DNA from: the human T2T-CHM13v2.0 reference genome, Homo sapiens
DNA: 64,000 bases
Direction: 5' to 3' (one strand)
Assembly (NCBI RefSeq): GCF_009914755.1
Contig: NC_060948.1
In this document: positions 31,899-50,138 of the stretch, piece after piece
Layout of the letters: each line of letters opens with the position of its first letter
Position numbering within the stretch: position 1 is the stretch's first letter
Notes under the pieces: generated by a model
Told to the model about the DNA's origin: nothing
Database searches by the model: none
The model's input: the letters and a program-made list of their open reading frames with translations, nothing else
Program-made: the position numbers and the translations under genes

Positions 31899-32738
31899 AA
31901 ATGCTGGTACTCCCAAATACTCGGGAGGCTGAGGCAGGAGGATCGCTTGAGCGCAGGAGGTCAAGGCTGCAGTGAACTATGATGACAACACTGCCCTCCA
32001 GCCAAATGCTGGTACTCCCAAATACTCGGGAGGCTGAGGCAGGAGGATCGCTTGAGCCCAGGAGGTCAAGGCTGCAGTGAACTATGATGACAACACTGCC
32101 CTCCAGCCAAATGCTGGTACTCCCAAATACTCGGGAGGCTGAGGCAGGAGGATCGCTTGAGCCCAGGAGGTCAAGGCTGCAGTGAACTATGATGACAACA
32201 CTGCCCTCCAGCCAAATGCTGGTACTCCCAAATACTCGGGAGGCTGAGGCAGGAGGATCGCTTGAGCCCAGGAGGTCAAGGCTGCAGTGAACTATGATGA
32301 CAACACTGCCCTCCAGCCAAATGCTGGTACTCCCAAATACTCGGGAGGCTGAGGCAGGAGGATCGCTTGAGCCCAGGAGGTCAAGGCTGCAGTGAACTAT
32401 GATGACAACACTGCCCTCCAGCCAAATGCTGGTACTCCCAAATACTCGGGAGGCTGAGGCAGGAGGATCGCTTGAGCCCAGGAGGTCAAGGCTGCAGTGA
32501 ACTATGATGACAACACTGCCCTCCAGCCAAATGCTGCTACTCCCAAATACTCGGGAGGCTGAGGCAGGAGGATCGCTTGAGCCCAGGAGGTCAAGGCTGC
32601 AGTGAACTATGATGACAACACTGCCCTCCAGCCAAATGCTGGTACTCCCAAATACTCGGGAGGCTGAGGCAGGAGGATCGCTTGAGCCCAGGAGGTCAAG
32701 GCTGCAGTGAACTATGATGACAACACTGCACTCCAGCC
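31899..32738 (+). repeat. 105-bp tandem repeat x8 derived from an AluJ-like right arm
   Basis: 'aaatgctggtactcccaaatactcgggaggctgaggcaggaggatcgcttgagcccaggaggtcaaggctgcagtgaactatgatgacaacactgccctccagcc' at 105-bp spacing. The ORF track shows eight 35-aa repeats. Confidence 0.96.
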
Positions 32739-34541
32739 TGGGTGACAGAGGGGGACTCCTATCTCCACAAAAAACTTTTTTTTTTTTTTCTGAGACGGAG
32801 TCTTGCTGTGTTGCCCAGGCTGGAGTGCAGTGGCGCGATCTCTGCTCACTGCAACCTTCGCCTCCCAAGTTCAAGTGATGTCCTCTCTCAGCCTCCTGAG
32901 TAGCTAGAATTAGAGGCGTGCACCACTACGCCGGGCTAATTTTTGTATTTTTAGTAGAGGCGGGGTTTCACCACGTGGCTTAGGCTGGTCTCGAACTCCT
33001 GACCTCGAGATCTGCCTGCTTTGGCCTCCCAAAGTGCTGGGATTACAGGTGTGAGCCACCGTGCCCGGTCTCAGAAAAAACTTCTTAAAAAATTAGCTGG
33101 GCATGGTGATGCATGCCTGTACTTCCAGCTACTCGGGAGGCTGAGGTGGGAGGACAGCTTGAGCCTAGGAGGTCAAGGCTGCAGTGAGTTGTGACTGCGC
33201 CACTGCACACCAGCCTGGGCAGCAGAGTGAGACCTCGTCTCAAAAAATATAATAGAGCCGGGCGAGGTGGCTCACGCCTGTAATCCCAACACTTTGGGAG
33301 TCCCAGCTGGGTGGATCACCTGAGGTTGGGAGTTCGAGACCAGCCTGACCAACATGGAGAAACCCTGTCTCTATTAAAAATAAAAAATTAGCCGGGCGTG
33401 GTGGTATGTGCCCGTAATCCAGCTACTCGGGAGGCTGAGGCAGGAGAATCACTTGAACCGTGGGGGTGGAGGTTACGGAGAGCCAAGATCGTGCCACTGC
33501 ACTCCAGCCTGGGCGACAGCGCAAGACTCCGTCTCAAAAAAACAAAAGAAGAGAGATACACAGAGAAAGAGAGAAAGAAGGAGAGACAGAGGGAGAGAGA
33601 AGAATGGAAGTCTCTTGACCATTTGAGCCTATGGGGAGTCCTGTTTCAACGCGCAGGTGCCAGGCCCTGGCTCTGTGAAGATAATTAAGCGTTGTCTGCA
33701 AATATTCCAGGAATTCTCACTGGAGCAACAACGCTGAACTCTTGAGGGAGGCTGAGTGCCCGTCAGATTCCCTTAGGGCCAGCTGGTTCAACTGTGGAAA
33801 CCCAATATGCAGCCCTGGCCCGAACCCCTGGAGCCAGGGTTTCCAGCAGCCCCACTGGGCTCCAGGAGCAGCCTGGGTGGACGGGGGAGAAACCTGATGT
33901 GAAGGCTTTGAGCCGAGACGGTGCGTGCTGTGTGTGTGTGCACGTGTGTCTGCGTAGAAACACACAGATTAGATCCAGCTGACACTTCAGCAACACGGCT
34001 GTAAACTGCAGAGTCCACTCATGCGTGGATTTCCCTCTGCCTCGGCCACCCCTGAGACAGCAACACCAGCCCACGGCTTCCTCCTCTGCAGCCTCCTCAG
34101 TGTGAAGACCTCCTCAAATGAAGACCTTTATCATGAGCCACTTCAACTTCACGAATAGTAAATATATTTTCTCTTTAGGATTTTCTTTTTTTTTTTTTTT
34201 TTTTTTTTTGAGATGGAGTCTCGCTCTGTTACCCAGGCTGGAGTGCGGTGGCGCAGTCTCGGCTCACTGCAACCTCCGTCTCCAGGTTCAAGCGATTCTC
34301 CTGCCTCAGCCTCCTGAGTAGCTGGGATTACAGGCACCCGCTATCAAGCCCGGCTTATTTTTTGTGTTTGTTTTTAATAGAGACGGGGTTTCACCATGTT
34401 GGCCAGGCTGGTCTCAAACCCCCGACCTCAGGTGATCCGCCCGCCTCGGCCTCCCGAAGTGCGGGGATGACAGGCGTGAGCCACCACACCTGGCCACACT
34501 GGCCAACTTTAAATACAGCAGATTTACCCTCCACAATTTAG

Positions 34542-35054
<513 letters not shown>

Positions 35055-35110
35055 TGAACCCAAAATACTACGTCTTAACAAAAACAGCTAACCTGACGAT
35101 GGGCTCTCAC

Positions 35111-35233
35111 CTGGCTTGCAGCTCTCGGCGACCCTGCTGAGTAACTTGTGGACTTTGTCGTCTGGCCAGTCATGCAGGATCCGGCACAGGACGTACAGCT
35201 CAGCGCTGGGGAGGGGGTCCCTGAAAAAGTCAC
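35111..35233 (-). CDS. ASMTL: ASMTL exon 12 (GDFF and ILHDW methyltransferase motifs)
   Basis: ccag|GT GAC TTT TTC...AAG CCA G|gtgag; translates DFFRDPLPSAELYVLCRILHDWPDDKVHKLLSRVAESCKP; 123 nt. Confidence 0.96.
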
Positions 35234-35580
35234 CTGGTTTAAAGACAAAACGAGATACGTCCGTCAGGTATGGAAGAAGCAGTCCTCCCCGGACAGATCC
35301 TGGGACGGCCACCCGCATCCTAAATCAGGGACAGAGAAGAGAGGGGTGTGGGCGGGAATGGGTCTTCCTGAAGTACATCCCCGTGGGGACTTGAACAGAG
35401 CTCCATGAGGAGCTGGTTAGTGATGTCACGCCCGTGCGGTTTGACTCGGGCTGAGAAAACGCTGGGGACAGTGGCTCACACCTGTAATCTCAGCATTTTG
35501 GGAGCCTGAGGTGGGCAGATTGTCTGAGCTCAGGAGTTCGAGACCAGCCTGGGCAACACGGCGAAACCCCATCTCTACTA

Positions 35581-36680
<1,100 letters not shown>

Positions 36681-36800
36681 TAGCAAGCTGTGAGTTGCAT
36701 GAGGGGAAAGAAGGGGCGGGAGAGTGTGCGGTGGGAAGTCTCCAGAGCTGTTTTCCCCCAGCTGCGAGGAGAAGGTGCTCTTTCAGGGCTCATGATTTTA

Positions 36801-37100
<300 letters not shown>

Positions 37101-37291
37101 TCAGCATTTCTGTCTCTGCAGATCTGGCAAATCAGAAGCACAGCTATCATGATGTCCTGCAGGAGGAGCTGTAGGGTGGTTATGTTTTGTTTTTTTAAAA
37201 ACTAGAAAAGCATCCAGGAACCTCCGGGGGAGGGGTGTGGAGGTCCCCAGCACCTGTGCCCACAGGCCTGGCCGCTGTCGGATGGTGCTGA

Positions 37292-37553
<262 letters not shown>

Positions 37554-37817
37554 TGATCCACCCGCCTCAGCCTCCCAGACGGCTGGGATTCCAGGCGTGA
37601 GCCTGGGCATGTGGCCCAGGCGTCTCCTGTCAATCCGTCCTGGCCTCAGCAGCTGCCACCTGGAAGTTCTCCTTCAAGTCTAACCTAAGGCCGCCCTGTG
37701 ACGGCTCTCGGGTCAGTTCCTTCTGTGACCTCGGCACCGTGGATGCCCATGAATGCTGATCTCGGCTGTTCCCCATCTCCACTCCCCTCCCGTCTCGGCT
37801 GTTTGCACTGATGATAA

Positions 37818-40295
<2,478 letters not shown>

Positions 40296-40364
40296 TGCCC
40301 TCTGTCTAGAAAGAGATGCTGCAGTCTGGAAAAGGTTAGCAGGGTGAACAGGAGGAGGGCTCAC

Positions 40365-40508
40365 CTGCTGCGAAGTGGATCTGCACTGCCTGCGGTCCGG
40401 GGGGTTGGAAGTGGGCGGCCAGCTCGATAATGTCTGGGAGGTCAAACACAGTCACCTGCATACGAGGGTACTCACGGGCCAGCTCTCGGGCCAGTGCACC
40501 CGTGCAGC
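40365..40508 (-). CDS. ASMTL: ASMTL exon 11
   Basis: acag|GC TGC ACG...GCA GCA G|gtgag; translates CTGALARELAREYPRMQVTVFDLPDIIELAAHFQPPGPQAVQIHFAA; VFDLP SAM motif; 144 nt. Confidence 0.96.
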
Positions 40509-41373
40509 CTGTGGGGAAGCAAATGCATGCTCTGTGGCTGGGTCGTCTATGGAACTCTGACGACTCTCCAAAGCTCAACTGGGGCAGAAGTAATGTTCAA
40601 GGGCATGGCATTGATTCCCATGCTGGAAGGGAAAGCCAGTGGTGGGGAGCTCGCTGGTATCCCAGACAAGACTGTACAAGCAGGTGAGTGTGGGGGCACA
40701 GACCTGCAGGGAAATCCTTCCAGCCCAGGGGTGGAGGGCTGTACTCCCTTCTCCTTCCTGCCGTGGGGATGTAGACACAATGGCCGGTGCTACAGCAGCC
40801 ACTCTGGGCCACGTGTAGGGGGCACAGACCTACAGGGAAATCCTTTCTGCCCAGGGGTGGGAGCTGTACTCCTCCCTTCTCCTTCCTGCCATGGGGATGC
40901 AGACACGATGGCTGGTGCTACAGCAGCCACTCTGGACCACAAGGAGGAGAGGTATTCAGAGGTTGGGGAAATGTAAGCTGATGGTGTGAGAATCGTCCCA
41001 GGCCCCGATCCCCCAGCAGCCCTTGGGAATGTGTCTACTGCTCCACCCACTGTCCAGGGCTGGGGTGGGGTGGAGGGTGAGTCAGGATATAATCAGACTT
41101 GCTGAGGGGAATCCAGGGGTTCCAAGGTGCTCTGCCTCAGCTCCGCAGCCAAAAGAGAGGGCCCCGGAGTTTCTAGGGGGGCATTTAGGCATCCCCGGGG
41201 TCCTCCTGGAACTTGGGAATATCCACCCATGATCTGGGACTCAGCCTGGCCCGGTTCAGGTCGTTATCAGGTTTGTCAATGGAAAAAGGCAGTTGGTAGG
41301 TGTCCTGAGCAGGGAAGATACCTGTGGCTTAATAAACGAAAGTAAGGAGAGCCCTGGCGGGGGGGCCACCCAC

Positions 41374-41506
41374 CTCCCACGTCGCAGGCGGAGGAGAAGC
41401 GGGACAGATTGAAGGCCGTGGCCACCTGGCACGCAGTCAGCTTCGTCATGCTGTGCATGGCCCGCATGAACCTCAGCCGCGTCTCCGGGCTCTGGTAGTA
41501 CGCATC
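41374..41506 (-). CDS. ASMTL: ASMTL exon 10
   Basis: ccag|GAT GCG TAC...GTG GGA G|gtggg; translates DAYYQSPETRLRFMRAMHSMTKLTACQVATAFNLSRFSSACDVG; 133 nt. Confidence 0.96.
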
Positions 41507-42297
41507 CTGGAACACAGCAGGTGCTTAGGGGCACCAGAGAACACGGGGCGAGGGCTCGCCCAGCCTCTCCCTGGGGGTCGGGGGGAGAAGTGCAGGGCTC
41601 CAGAGCGTGGGGGCTCAGCCGCACCTGGGCTGCAGAGCGGGCTTCATGCCACAGCTGTGTGGGCTACTCCTGTCTGTGTGGGGGCTGGGCTGGCTGGGGA
41701 CAGAGGACCCCAAAGTGGTGGACGATCTCCTTGGAATCACTTGGTCCACACCACAGCCTGAACTCCAAGCGTCTGACTTTCGCAGTAGGCTTTTCACAAT
41801 AAAGCTTTTCACCCTGGAGGCTCCGGGTGGCCCACAAACACCTCACTGGAGAAAACCAGGAGAGAAGCCACAATGTCTCTGCAGGTGCCCCGGCTCAGCC
41901 TTCACCACAATGGTGCGGTGTGCAGAGGGGGCTCCTCCGAGAATTCTGGTGTGCAGAGGAGAAGCTCCTCCGAGCTTCTCCAAGTCCCCCCAGTGGCACC
42001 TACCCTGGGTCCCAGAGGAGCCCAGGCTCATCCTGGCTCAGTGCTGTGTCCAGGGTTCGCCTGGACATCCCGTCCCTGCAGGGCAAGCAAGCCCAGCTGA
42101 GGATGCTTCTGAGCCCCGCTCCCAGCAGGACAGCCGGTCTCCATCCTGGCTCCCTAAATCTCGCGGGGGCTCCCCGGCCCTCCCCTGCGTGGGTGGCAAT
42201 CATGGGGCTCAGGGATCTGTCCTCTGCGATGCCCACGCTGGCTGCTCACGCCAGCTCAGGGCCCCTGTCCGTGCCTCTTGGCTTCTCCACCACTGGC

Positions 42298-42820
42298 TTC
42301 TCTCTCTGACTCTTTCTCCCTTGGTCTCTGTCTGTCTGTCTCTGTCTCCGTCTGTGTGTCTCTGTCTTCCTCTTTCTCTCTCTCTGTTTCTGTCTCCTGT
42401 CTCTGTTTCTTTCTATCTCCCTCTGTCTCTGTCTCTATCTCTATGTCTGTCTCCTGTTTCTGTCTCTATCTGCCTCTATCTCTGTCTCTCCAAGCCTCCC
42501 TGTCTCTGTCTCCCATCTCCCTCTATGTGTCTGTCTGTCTCCATCTTTGTTTCTGTCTCCCTATCTCTGTCTCCGCCTCCCTCTGTCTCTCAAGTCTCCC
42601 TGTCTCTCCATCTCTCTCCCTATCTCACTATCTGTCTCCCATCTCCGTGTCTGTCTCACTCTATCTCTGTCTCTGTCTTTCTGTCTCCCTGTTTCTGTCT
42701 CCCTCTGTCTCCCTCTATCTCCCTGTCTCTGTCTGCCTCCATCTCTGTCTGTCTCTGTCTCCCTCTATCTTTCTGTCTGCCTATCTCTCTCTCTGTCTCC
42801 CTGTCTGTATGTCTCTCCCC
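42298..42820 (+). repeat. (TCTCTG)n-like pyrimidine-rich tract
   Basis: About 520 nt of tctctg/tctgtc/tctatc units. Confidence 0.9.
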
Positions 42821-43359
42821 AACATCTGCAGGAAGCCCCCGGCTCCCTGGGGCTCATCTCTGCATCACACACACACACCCTGACTCCGTGCTCACTGCCA
42901 CAGAAGCTCGGCCAGCGCTGCCAAGGAGGCATGAGGCCACGGCCAGCCGAGCCCACAGCAGACTCCCCACGCCTGGCTGGCACAGCCCTGCAGACCGAGA
43001 CCCACCCATCTGCACAGGCCCCACGGACCCCACCATATCTCACACGTCCACCTCAGGAAGGTTCTGGGCGGGGAAAGGGGAAGGAGGGGCGAGAGGATGC
43101 AGGGAGCGCTTTGCAAACAGCGGCCTCAGATAAGCAAGTGTCAGTTCCATTGAAGCAAAGAAGAAACAGGGCATTCATTTAAGGCAGCCTGTCCAACTCC
43201 TTCCTATTTCTATTTTTCAGACAGAGTCTTGTTCTGTCACCCGGGCTGGAGTGCAGCAGCACCATCACGGCTTACACTGCAGCCTTGACCTCCCAGGTTC
43301 AAGTGATCTTCCCACCCACCTGGGCCTCCCAAAGTAGCTGCCTAATCATACCTGGCTAA

Positions 43360-43488
<129 letters not shown>

Positions 43489-44062
43489 TGAGTAGCTGGG
43501 ACTACAGGCACGCGCCATCATCCCCAGCTAATTTTTTTTTTGTATTTTTAGTAGAGATGGGGTTTCAGCATGTTGGCCAGGTTGGTCTCGCACTCCTGAC
43601 CTCAGGTGATCAGCCCACCTTGGCCTCCCAAGCTAGCTGGGATTACAGGCTCATGCCACCATGCCCAGCCTAACTGTTAATTTTTTGTAGAGATGGGGGT
43701 CTCACTATGTTGCCCAGGCTGGTCTCAAACTCCCGGGCTCAAATCATCCTCCCAACTTGGCCTCCCAAAGTGCTGGGAGTGACAGGTGTGAGCCCCTGAG
43801 CATGGCCTTCAAACCTGTTTCTAGGAGGAAATTCTATTTTCATCAGCTGCTGGATAACAGTGGAGGATGTCTAAGTTGCACCTGTTCCAGGGCTGAGTGA
43901 CACAAGAGCCACGGCACTAAGTTCTCCAGGCAGAACGAGCCAAGCCTTTGGGATCTGTCAGACTGGAGACAGACTGGTCAAGGTGCCTACTGATCTGTGT
44001 GTCAAAGTGTTTTAGCAAAATGCACGCTAGACGGAAAGGTGTCCGCGGGGGTGTTATGCTAC

Positions 44063-44247
44063 CTGGAACAGATCTTCCGCCTTCTTCCCCAACGCCCTGT
44101 GGTGCTGGTTTGTTCCCTCTCGGATGGCAAACTCCAGGTATGTAAAGAGGTTCCATGTGAGGTCATTATTGTGCATGATGAAGCCGTGCAGAGAGTATTC
44201 GCCATCCGATGCCAGGTGGACGTTCGCTGTCTCTGTGTTACTGTAAC
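44063..44247 (-). CDS. ASMTL: ASMTL exon 9
   Basis: ccag|GT TAC AGT AAC...TTC CAG|gtagc; translates YSNTETANVHLASDGEYSLHGFIMHNNDLTWNLFTYLEFAIREGTNQHHRALGKKAEDLFQ; 185 nt. Confidence 0.95.
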
Positions 44248-44539
44248 CTGGAGAAATGGGGACAGTCGTGTGACCTCCTAACGAGAAAACCCAAGGAAAC
44301 CTGACCGTAGGGGATGTATCATTGAGATGTTAAAATAAACATCACCCATCTGACTATAGCAAACCGTACACTCAAGGAAACCTGACCATAGGGGATGCAT
44401 CATTGAGATGTTAAAATAAACATCATCCATCTGACTATAGCAAACTGTACACTCAGGGTCAGCTGGGCAGGAAAACAGCAGCCACCACGCCCCAGCTGTC
44501 AACTGCTGTAACTGTTACCCACTGAGGCTGATCCTTTCT

Positions 44540-44905
44540 TCATGATCGTGGCCACGCTCAAGTTCCCAGTTATGCAGGCAAACACCCATCTAGATGTGGC
44601 TGTGGAGGTGTGCTGTAGCTGGCGTTTGCATCTACCATCAGTTTGACTTTAAGGAGATTAACCCCCCAAAATGTGCATTGGCCTCATCCAGCTCATTGAA
44701 AACCCCAGAAGCAAACATTGGGCTTTCCTGGAGGAGAAATTCCACTTGAAGATGGCAGCAGCAGCTCCTGCCTGAGCTTCCAGCCTCCTGGCCTGCCCTG
44801 TGGATTTTGGACTTGCCAGCCTACACAATCACGTAAGTCCTCAAGATAAATCTCCTAGGTTATATCCTAGGGGTTCTGTTACCCTGGAGAGCCCCAAATG
44901 ATACA
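44540..44905 (+). mobile_element. MLT2-like LTR fragment
   Basis: 'gatgtggctgtggagg...ggcctcatccagctcattgaa...ccctgtggattttggacttgccagcct...ggttctgttaccctggagagccc' resemble MLT2 consensus blocks (from memory). Confidence 0.65.
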
Positions 44906-45318
44906 GGGAACTTCATTCTCCACCCACTTCATGCCCAGGTCAGCTGTCCATAGACCCAGTCCCCAAGCTCCCTTCCAGGATGCCCCCTCCCACAGAATGG
45001 GAGGCTGGAAGGTGGAGAAGTTGTTGGTGGAGACCCGTATATGGAAACAGATGGCCTCGCACCACTCCGGTCCTCCTATGTAAGAAACAGCCCTGTGTTC
45101 ATGTTAATGATGAAATGTTACTGTTTTCCCACCGAGCTGACCCTGAGTGTACGGTTTGCTATAGTCAGATAGATGACATTTATTTTCATCATGAATAAAT
45201 GATGAGACCTATGGTGAAGCAGGAGCAGCCTCTGCAGACGTGGAACTGCTCCTAGGACTCAACTGCACAAAGCGTTGTCAAAAGGAGTTGGAACAAGCTT
45301 GCATGGTGCCGGTGATGA

Positions 45319-45642
<324 letters not shown>

Positions 45643-45937
45643 TATTCATCATTATTTTCAATACGGGAGAATGGTCCTGAACTGCTCTGGCTGGGGAAGA
45701 TGTTCTGGCTTCTATGTTCCAGCCTCTAAGGATATAGTCACATGTCTCTGTGGTAAGGGCACAGCCTTTGGAGCCTCAACCAGGGCATGCTTTGTCTCCT
45801 AATCACAGAAGCACAGCCACCTCTGCCCAGGTGTCATCTGTTGTCCTGCCCTTCCCAGGCTACTCAAGGACTTGGTCATGTGCTCTCTATTCTAGCACCA
45901 TGCTGAAGAGTTCTGTTCAATTCAGAAAACACATTGT

Positions 45938-47595
45938 CATCCATCCATCCATCCACCCACTCACCCACCCATCCAGTTATCCACTCACCCACCCATCTAG
46001 TCATCCACCCACCCATCTGCTGATCCACCCATTCATCACTCATCTATGCATTCCCCCACCCATCCAATCCACCGATCCACCCATCTACCCACTCATCCAT
46101 CCATTCCCCCACCCAGCTACCCATCCAGCAATCCACTGATACATCTATCCATCCATCCTCCCATCCATCCGTCCACCCACCCATCCATCTATTCACCCAC
46201 CCTCCCAATCATCCACCCAGCCATGCACCCATCCATCCACTCATCCATCCATTCACACGCCCACCCATCCACATGCCCACTCATCCATCCATCCACCTAC
46301 CCATCCATCTATTCACCCATCCACTGATGGATCCACTGATCCATGCACCCATGCATGCATCCATACATCCACATCCATTTATCCATTCATTCCCCCACCC
46401 ATCCAATCACTCATCCATCCATCTGTCCATCCATCCATCCATCCACCCACCCACCTACCCATCCATCCACCCATCCACTGATGGATCCACTGATCCATCC
46501 ACCCATGCATGCATCCATCCATCCACATCCATTTATCCATTCATTCCCCCACCCATCCAATCACTCATCCATCCATCCATCCACCCACCCACCCACCCAT
46601 CTGTTCACCCACCCTCCCCATCATCCACCCAGCCATGCACCCGTCCATCCATTCATGCACTCATCCACATGCCCACTCATCCATCCACCCATCCAACCAC
46701 CCACCTACCCATTCATCCATCCATTCCCCCACCCAGCTACCCAACCACCGATCCACTGATATATCTGTTCATCCACCCTCCCATCCATCTGTCCACCCAC
46801 CCATCCGTCTATTCACCCACACTCCCAATCATCCACCCAGCCGTGCACCCATCCATCCACTCATCCATCCATTCACACGCCCACCCATCCACACGCCCAC
46901 TCATCCATCTATCCACACATCTATCCACTCACCCATCCATCCACACATCCATCCATCCATCCATCTGTCCGTCCATCCATCCATCCAGCCACCCATCCAC
47001 TCACCCACTTATCCATCCACCCATCCATCCACTTACCCACCCATCTATGCACTCATCCACCGATTCATCGATCCATCCATCCATCTACCCACCTTTATCC
47101 ATCCAGTCATCCACCCATCCATCCACACATCCTTCCATTCACACATCCATCCATCTATCCACTCACCCACTCATCCATCCACCCATCCATCCACTTACCC
47201 ACCCATCTACCCACCCTTCCATTTATCCATCCACCTCTCCATCCATCCATCTATCCATCCACCCACCCACCCATCCATCCACCCATCCACTGATCCACCA
47301 ATCCATCCACCTTCCCATCCATGTATCTATCCATCCATTGATCAATCCATCTGTCCATCCATCCATCCATCCATCCCTCCTCCCATCCATCTATCCACCT
47401 ACCATCCATCCATCCATCCATCCATCCTTCCTCCCATCTATCCACCTACCATCCATCCATCCATCTATCCATCCATCCATTTATATATCAACTCTACCCA
47501 TCATCTATGTATCTGTCATCTCTCTATCGTCAATCTATATCAATGTATCTATGCATTTATCATCTATCTATGTATCTGTCTACCCATCCATCTAC
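45938..47595 (+). repeat. ~1.65-kb (CCAT/CCAC)n array, opposite polarity to the GGAT arrays
   Basis: CCAT-rich with internal duplications, e.g. 'ccactgatggatccactgatcca' at 46321 and 46475. Confidence 0.94.
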
Positions 47596-47929
47596 GTTAT
47601 TTGTCTATAAAAATAAATAAGCAACTAAATCAATGTCTGTGTACACCGTATTGGGTTCTGTTTCTCAGGAGAACATGGACTGATACAGCCCCTTTGAGAC
47701 TAGAGCCCATAAGGAGGTCACGCTTCTCCTATGTGCTCGCGGCTGCCACTGTTCCCTCTCTGTCATTCACCCTCTGCTTCTCAACCTTTCGGGAAAAGCA
47801 GCATTCCTGAGGGCAGAGGGACAGAAGGTGTGGGCCTCCTTCCTCGCTCTGCCCAGGCTCCAGGTCACCTTCCCTCAGTGACTTCCACCTGCAAAGATCC
47901 TCAGAGCAAAACCCGCTGGGTCCTGTCAC

Positions 47930-48092
47930 CTTGCTCTGTCTTCTCCAGGAGCCCCATGGCAGCACAGATGTCCAGAAGCCTCTCCATTCCACACGCAGAG
48001 GCGTCCACTTTGCTGGCAATATCCGCAGCCTTCTGGGGTGCTTCATCTTTTAACAAATCGAACACCTTCAGTTTGCAAGCGGTGAGCAGGCC
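47930..48092 (-). CDS. ASMTL: ASMTL exon 8 (winged-helix dimerisation region of the methyltransferase)
   Basis: aacag|GGC CTG CTC...GAG CAA G|gtgac; translates GLLTACKLKVFDLLKDEAPQKAADIASKVDASACGMERLLDICAAMGLLEKTEQ; 163 nt. Confidence 0.95.
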
Positions 48093-48339
48093 CTGTTAAA
48101 AGCAAGTGCAGAGAGACTCATTAAGTCCCTTGTCCAGTACTTTCTACTCCCACAGACTCAAAAGATGGAGGCCAACGCTGTCGGAAGTATACAACTTGGC
48201 CATTGAGCCTTCTTTCACAGAGAACGGTGGGGATTTATAGGATCAAGTCCCCAGCTATAAAACAAGGTGTACACAAGGAAAAAGCACATCAACGAATATC
48301 ATGCAGAAAAACTAGCCCATGGGAGAAAAATCAACATGC

Positions 48340-48680
48340 TGCCGATATGGACTGAGTTCAAAACCCAGATGTTGAACTCCTAATCCCCCCAGTCCCTCAG
48401 GATGTGACTGTATTTGTAGGCAGGGTTTTAAAGAAGTGATTCAGGTAAAATGAGGTCATTTGGGTGGACCCTAATCCAATAGGACTGGGGTCCCTATAAG
48501 AAAAGGAGATGAGGACACAGACACACACACAGGGACGACCCTGTGAGGACACAGGGAGAAGACAGCATCTCCAAGCCCAGGAGAGAGGCCTCAGGAGGAA
48601 CCAGCCCTGCCCACACGTTGATCTTGGACCTCCAGCCTCCAGGACTGTGGGAGAATCAATGTCTGTTGTTTATAAACCAC
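48340..48680 (+). mobile_element. Single (non-arrayed) MLT1A-like LTR carrying one copy of the 235-bp unit sequence
   Basis: 5' LTR part 'gatgtgactgtatttg...gaggtcatttgggtggaccctaatccaataggactgg' followed by 'gaggacacagacacacacacagggacgaccctgtgaggacacagggagaagac...'. Confidence 0.75.
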
Positions 48681-49246
48681 CTGGTGGTGATTTAATAATC
48701 ACCACTTGGTAAATTAGAGGCACAGACGGAATGTGCTGTAACCACCTTTATTCCTTATTCACTGCATGTTCTCTCTCCTGATGATGAATGGCAGGAGGTG
48801 TCATCAGCCCGTCTCCCTGTCTCCCAAAGCCTGCGTCCCTCCTGCACCCGACATCCCCACCTCTGCTTCCCGGAGGACGCCCTGTGAGGGACCCCTGGTG
48901 TTGGGAGGGCTGCATCCCTTCTAGGCTGCCACCGTGAGGGGCCCCTGAACAGAACAGCTGAAAGATGGGGCCTCAGGCCGGGCGCGCTGGCTCACGCCTG
49001 TAATCCCAGCACTTTAGGAGGCCGAGGCGGGTGGATCAGCTGAGGTCAGGAGTTCGAGACCATCCTGGCCAACATAGCGAAACCCTGTCTCTACTAAAAG
49101 TACAAAAATTAGCCGGGCTTGGTGGTGGGCGCCTGTAATCAGGAGGCTACTCCTGAGGCTACTCAGGATCTCCTCTTGAGATTCTTAATTACATCTGCTA
49201 AGACCCCTTTTTAAAACAAGGTCCCATTCACAGATTCTGGGGATCA

Positions 49247-50095
<849 letters not shown>

Positions 50096-50138
50096 GGCTC
50101 ATTTGTGAAATGCGGCCTGAGGAGACAGACACAGGTAC

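Noticed and set aside
31768-32874. 368-aa ORF with eight 35-aa repeats
   Set aside because: Antisense Alu arm multiplied by a 105-bp tandem repeat; the peptide is a typical Alu translation.
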